From Nemertoderma westbladi (Eukaryota > Animalia > Xenacoelomorpha), in contig JAUCBJ010000643.1 of the NCBI GenBank assembly GCA_032718475.1, positions 1 through 34,671 of the forward strand: a stretch of 34,671 nucleotides of DNA, in the 5' to 3' direction. Within the stretch, counting starts at the first letter, position 1; every line of letters begins with the position of its first letter. A model generated the notes under the pieces. The model did not search any database and had not been told where the DNA came from. It saw only the letters and a list, made by a program, of their open reading frames with translations. Positions 28,775 through 34,671 of the stretch are shown in pieces. A program made the translations under genes and the position numbers.

Positions 28775-30134
28775 TGTAGTACTCTGTAGTTGGTTTACCA
28801 GGCATAAAAGGGCCGTGTCCTTACTGTACTGGTGTTTTAGAGGACATAAAAATAATTTCTTCTGTATGTGTACTTTAGCGGACATAATCCGCAATTCCAT
28901 GACGCAAAAGCCGAAATACTCTTGGAACAGTGTAGTTACTAAGACGACAGCTAATAGCTGAGCTGTACACGTGGAGCCTCTGCACGGAGCCTTGGTTCTT
29001 TGTTCTGCTCAGCTCAAATGACGACATCTATCAGCTGTGTCCACGTCAGTTCGACCAATCAGAGATTTTCCCTTTGTGTAAAAACTGTACAGCAGAATCC
29101 CATGATTCAGTACTGACGTTTCCCCCACGCCTAAGAACACCGGCCGGGGAATGTTTTCTGACATTAGAGCGTCTTTAATTATAAGATCATCAAACTGTTA
29201 TCTCGGCGGTACCTTGGTCAACTCGGCATCTGATTAAGCACCCTGACGTAAACTGCTTTTCGCCGCATTATTTACTGCTATTTACTGTGTTGTTAATTGT
29301 ATCGTTCGTTTACTTATTATTATTGGGAAGAATATTGATAACGATCCGAAAACCCAATCTTCTTGATACACTAAGGTTAGAGAGACCGGTTACATATAAC
29401 AATTTGCGACATACATTATCGTGGTTTGTAGTGAGTTCAATGCTACTTAATAGGCCCTACAAATGTCGGTTGTTATTCTCTTTATATATGATTAAAATCA
29501 GTGAATGTCGGCAATTCAGTGTGCAGTTGTGTGCAATAGTCTATGTGTGCTTGACCGAGTAACAAAGCATTTCCTAAAGAATGCACTTTGGTGATCTATA
29601 AGACATACTGTTGTGTATAGTGTAAGTCATAGCTCTGTTTAAATAGATAGAGCGCCACGTCCTAAAGGAACTGCTAATATTTCCCGAAAGTGAATAATAT
29701 TCGTCAGAGATTATATATTAACGATCAATCGAATAGTACGGTAGGCCTGCACCGCAATCAAATTAAAGCATCCAAATCCAGTCTCCCGGGTATATCCAGC
29801 GGGTGAATGGTCGCGCACAGACTGGCTTTGGCTAATGTTAGAATTATTATAGGTGTTCAATACTTGTCATAGGCTGGAGTAGATTTATAACCTAGAAGAC
29901 ATATAGATTTGGCGGGTTAAACTGCCAAAGGTCTTAAAAGCGCGAACAAAAACAGTTTGTAAAATTCTTGATTGCAGTGTAGGCAATAAATACAGTTTAA
30001 TATTGTTCTGGTAAGAACAATAACAGTTTGTTAAACTTCTGATTGCGGCGTAAGCAATCGAGTTGTCGAAAGTACCGGTCGACTGGTGACCAGTAGGCCT
30101 GACTGCCTGATCACCCGGACCGGTACTTACAACA
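28775..30134 (+). repeat. Candidate 5' LTR of the second BEL element
   Basis: TG start, CCAATCAG near 29055, and a terminal hairpin followed by TTACAACA|GT analogous to GTCACA|GT in the first element. There is no second LTR in the window to confirm it. Confidence 0.35.
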
Positions 30135-30305
30135 GTACAGGTACAGCAGTACTATTTCGATTGTGATATTGTATATTGTAGGCTGCTAGGGGATTAGGGA
30201 TTGATCACCCCTCATTCCTTTGTATAGTTTACTTATTTCTGTCAGTTTTATTTGCCTGTAAGTTAATATTGAGTAGAAGGCCGTGTAAGCCTGCCCAGAT
30301 TGTAC

Positions 30306-30881
30306 AGATAATTTGTAGGCTGGATAGTTGTTTGACTGTTGTTAAGTCTGAACGGATTGCAGTATGTGTAGAGTCTGTCCGATAAAGTGCCAGTTAGTAA
30401 GTAGGGGCATCTTGAGTTGTAAGGTCAACCCCCTCTTAAAGAATAAGTCGTACTACCGTGTTAGAACGCATACTAACTAACCATTTTGGAATCTGCATAT
30501 ACTGTAGTTTATTTAGGCTTGATAGTAGTCTGCCAGCGTTTTAGCCTGTGTTTGTTTGTGTGGTCTGTTCAGGTACCGTAATAGTTATTACTCAGATATT
30601 TTGTAGGCTGGATTGTTGTCTGGCTGTTGTTGGGTCTGGGGAGATTGCGGCGTGTGTAGAGACTGTCCGATAAAGTGCCCGTTAGTAAGTTGGGGCATCT
30701 TGAGTTGTAAGGTCAACCCCCTCCTAAAGAATAAGTCGTACTACCGTGTTAGAACGCATACTAACTAACCATTTTGGAATCTGCACATACTGTAGTTTAT
30801 TTAGGCTTGATGGTAGTCTGCCAGCGTTTGGTTTGTAATTTGTTTGAGTAGTTTGTACGGGTAGCGTAATATTTATTATTC
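30306..30881 (+). repeat. 288-bp tandem duplication in the leader of the second BEL element
   Basis: TGTCCGATAAAGTGCC at 30376 and 30664; two copies with high identity in the central ~170 bp. Confidence 0.92.
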
Positions 30882-32092
30882 AGAGTTTATGCGATTATTC
30901 GCAACATTCATATCCCTAAGTTTATTCCTACAGTAATTGTGCTTGTTACACATACCGTTATAGTTAAATTAACCCCGGTACTACACGGGCTGCTTGGCGT
31001 AGGTAAAGACTGGTGATTTTGTGCACCGGTCACTCCAGCAGATGCTGTGGTTCTTTTAGCTGTTCAAGTATTTTTAACTACTGATTATTTGTTGTACCCG
31101 TACTTGTACCTAATTTAGGGTTTAGTGTACAGTGCTTTCCAAAGGTAATTAGTGTGTAGGCAGTATATTTGTGTTGTAAAGTGGTTAATAGGCACGTTGG
31201 TTCTGGTAGACCGCGGTAATTAACTTCTAGGTAGGGACACTCCGTGATACATAACGTAGTACCTATAGCGATACGGCTATAGGTCGTCAGACGGTGGTAT
31301 TTTCCTATCTGGACAACACAGTGTATTTACTACTACTTATTATTTTCAAATACCGTAGTATCCTGTCCGATGTAATAACCAGAAAATCTAACACTCTGTT
31401 AGACTGGTTTGTAGTTCCTTGTAAAATTACCCTAAAAATTCGTATTTGTGTTTTTTGTAATTTTTTGTGTTTATTTAGAGATTTAATCTCACCCGTATCG
31501 TAAGTAATTCGTAGATAAGTAACGTAGGAAGTAGAATTATTTGTTTTAGTGTCCAATAAGTAGCACTTCACTGAGAGCATACAGCTTCGGTGTAGTGACT
31601 CCTTCCCAGAAATAATAACATCTATTTCAATATTGTAACAAAAAACCCCTCATACGGGTATATATAACATAAATCAATCCAAATCTATTAATAAAATAGT
31701 AGGCCTATCATACAACACTTAGGTCTTTATATCAGTTGGACTACTGCTTAAATAACGGTAATAAAGTAAAGTAAAGTAACTAAGTAACCCTTAAAATTCA
31801 GAAATTCAATTATTCTAAAATAATTGACATACCGGTATTTACAATAGGCTTATTATATTTATTTTATAGACATTTGTGCTAAAATTATATACCGGTACTC
31901 TGTGACAAATCTAGTCTGTAATAATACTTATATATATACTATAAGCATACCGGTATTCTAATATATTATATATATATCACGCTACACTGAGTAGCAGTAT
32001 CGGTAATTAATTATTAGGCTAACAGTGATACTGAATTACTAGACTTGCTTTAACTGTAATATAGCAGTAGGCATTCAACTGTACAAACAAAA

Positions 32093-34671
32093 ATGTCTGA
32101 CACAAAACGGGCACTGTCAGATAGTCTTTTGGAAGGTGTTAGAATGAGTCTTAGACTTGGACAGTGTCTTGAAAGGAAGGTGGCAGAGGCAATGGCAACA
32201 GCAGAAGCGGAAAGAAAGGCGGCAGAGGCAATGGCAACAGCAGAAGCGGAAAGAAAGGCGGCAGAGGCAATGGCAACAGCAGAAGCAGAAAGAAAGGCGG
32301 CAGAGGCAATGGCAACAGTAGAAGCGGAAAGAAAGATAGAGACACCTGTACTCCCAGAACCTGCCTATAAATTCCCTTTGTACAGTACTAAACTACCTGT
32401 GCCCAGTAGGACTGTTCCCGAGTCCGAACCCGTCCTGGACGCCGAGCGAGATATCAAGAATTTATCGCCCGTCGTCTCTCGCTCACCCGCTACTACGTTG
32501 GCGACTCCCGCTTCGGCGGTTGAGTGGGTAGCTGAGGGACGACGGGAGATGGGTCTCCTGCTCGAGCAGCTGAGGGAACACTGTTTGTGCTCCTCTCAGC
32601 AAGTCCGGGAAATGGTAGAGACTGTTCAGCAGCTCAAGGGAACAGTAAGGGAAAGTAGGTTAGAGTTGCAAAAGGTGCAGCAAAGTATCGCATTAGAACG
32701 CGATAAATTAGTGAACATACAAAGGGGTATAACACCACCCCCTGTAACAATGTGTCAACCCGTTAGGTCTGAAGTATTTCATGCGCAAGGTGTGGAGCCT
32801 ACACGCATCTATACTGCTAGTGAAGTAGAAACTCCTATAGTAAACCCTATTCAGGGTAATTATAAACCTGTTGATAATAATATTCCATATAGACCTGATC
32901 ATAATCCGAGAAATTTATATACCGATAATTCGATATTAAATAACACGATGGCCCAAGAAAGCTTTACGCGTCAGATGGCTAGAACAGAAGCCCGCCAAGC
33001 GGTCAAAGTGGGAGAAATCGTCAAATTCAATGGAGATGAGATGAAATGGTTACCTTTTAATGAATATTACAAAGATAGCATACAGAACTCTGTACTATCT
33101 AACAGAGAGAAACTTAGATTCCTCATCAAGTGCTTGGAAGGACCTCCCAAGTTAATGGCGTTAAAGTTTATTGGACATCCAGATGGATTAAGACAAGTTT
33201 GGGATACATTAAACATCAGGTATGGTAACAAGGATAACATAGCTAAGTATTTGTATGCAAAATTAGTAGCCCCCCGAAAGTTCCTTAGTAGCGGGATTAT
33301 AGAGTTTTCCGATGAGATTCAGGAGATCTGTAGACAATTGGATTGGTTAGGTAAGTCTCATGAATATCAGAGTTCCATGGTTATTGGAGCCGTAGTCTCT
33401 ACTTTACCAAAGGGTGGAGTATGTACACGCTGGGACAAGAAGGTGTTGTATATGAATGAGCAGCAACGACGAGGCCCTACCATGGCTGATCTCATGTCCT
33501 TCTTAGATAGTGAAGTAAAATTACAACTCATAAAGCAGTCCAGAGAGAAAACATCGGAAAATAAGGTAAGTGAGAAACCCGTTTCTAGGAGAAGGGTAAC
33601 ACCAGTGTGTTATACTGACGACGGCGAAAGCCAAGCTTCTCAAGAAGAGGACAGCGGGAAAGACACAGCAAAATCTTACTATGACAACAAGACCTATAAA
33701 GACGTAAGTAAATATAAGTCTTGAACCAGTGACAGGAGAGAACAGGTAACAACAACTCCTCCTACGTCTCCTAAGAGAATTCACGGAAGAAAGCCCGAAG
33801 AAAGAGCGAGAGTGCATAACGTTACCCAAGGCAAAGTGAGTAACATCAAACCAAAATGTGCGCTGTGCGACGGGCCCCACCGTTTGAATGTGTGTGCTGA
33901 ATTCCTAAAGAAATCCCTGGTAGACAGACGTGAAGTCATGTGGGATAAGCGGTTATGCTATAATTGCCTCAGACAAGGACACCAACGGCGAACCTGTTAC
34001 TCCGACGTAAAGTGTGCAAAGTGCGGTGCGAAACATCACATCTTGTTACACAGTGAATTCGAACGAAACAACCCGAGTCAGGTAAGTGAGCCCGAACTAC
34101 ATGTCCAATTCAGTGATGTAAATGACACTGATCAAGAATCTGAGATGGAAGGATTCTATACGGACGAATTCTCCGACGCCAACGAATCCTGTTACCTAAT
34201 AAATACCGCAGTGTATCGAGCACTTACGTATGAAAAGGACACCGACAATGAGTTCCCCCAACTACCTTTGACAGACAACCATCTTGGAAACCTCCAACTT
34301 CCAACGTAGGAATCAGATAATTTCCTGTAGTGCAGGTAAGAGTTCACGGTCCTAACAAAAGTTACATAGTGAACGCCCTCCTTGACTCCGGCAGCACAGG
34401 AACATTCCTCGATCAAGAACTAGCCGAAGACATCTTTGCTGGACAACCCAAATTCCGAACTAAGTTGAATATGTCAGGAATTATGCAGGTTTGGAAATCT
34501 ACCATAACGGCAGATTACTATGTAGGTGCGTTGTCCACCCCCCAGGATAAATTAGGAGAACAAAGTATAAGGTCAGTAAAAATGGTGGCTATAAAGAACT
34601 TCGCTACTACCCAAGTAGAACCTTATAACTGGGACGAGGACGAGAGCATCCAGCAGCTTAAGATACCTCGA
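32093..34671 (+). pseudogene. gag-pol: BEL/Pao gag-protease polyprotein (disrupted, partial)
   Basis: DUF1759-like core (KFNGDEMKW..F...LSNREKLRFLIKCLEG...L..RYG); three knuckles CALCDGPHRLNVC, CYNCLRQGHQRRTC and CAKCGAKHHILLH; protease NALLDSGS (D at 34384). In-frame TGA at 33722-33724 and a frameshift near 34305-34320. Confidence 0.93.
32180..32337 (+). repeat. 39-bp coding tandem repeat, 4 copies (AAEAMATAEAERK)
   Basis: Four near-identical units in the gag N-terminus. Confidence 0.95.

Larger units (their letters stand above)
28775..34671 (+). mobile_element. Second BEL/Pao LTR retrotransposon, 5' part (truncated by the window edge)
   Basis: gag-protease from 32093 preceded by a long non-coding leader. 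The left boundary is a guess (TGTAGT starts at 28775 or 28931). Confidence 0.75.

Noticed and set aside
30084-30100. PBS for the second element (TGGTGACC...)
   Set aside because: It is not preceded by a CA LTR end and lies inside a palindrome. I recognise no extended tRNA complementarity.

Overview
Eukaryotic (invertebrate-like, AT-rich, intron-containing) genomic DNA dominated by transposable elements around one host gene. (1) A complete but decayed BEL/Pao LTR retrotransposon at 1547-13341 (572/574-bp LTRs, about 97.5% identical, GATAT target-site duplication). Between integrase and the 3' LTR, where env would sit, it carries an extra ~2.4-kb frameshifted reading frame. This frame encodes a WRN/Mut-7/EXD-like DEDD 3'-5' exonuclease domain, a coiled coil, tandem CCHC zinc knuckles and an NLS-like motif, and is the most interesting object in the window. 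(2) An intact 9-exon ceramide glucosyltransferase gene (UGCG, 413 aa, 15727-23403), whose introns hold RTE-like LINE fragments, a minisatellite and a Helentron-type non-autonomous element. (3) A mosaic at 25.6-28.6 kb in which blocks of a 52-bp repeat alternate with fragments of unrelated TEs (CR1/L2-like, piggyBac, LTR-like). (4) The 5' part of a second BEL/Pao element running off the right edge. Also present are a TA-flanked MITE at 310-1284 and a strong excess of TA-bounded footprint-like motifs. All calls are by eye from the sequence and the ORF track; no database searches were run.
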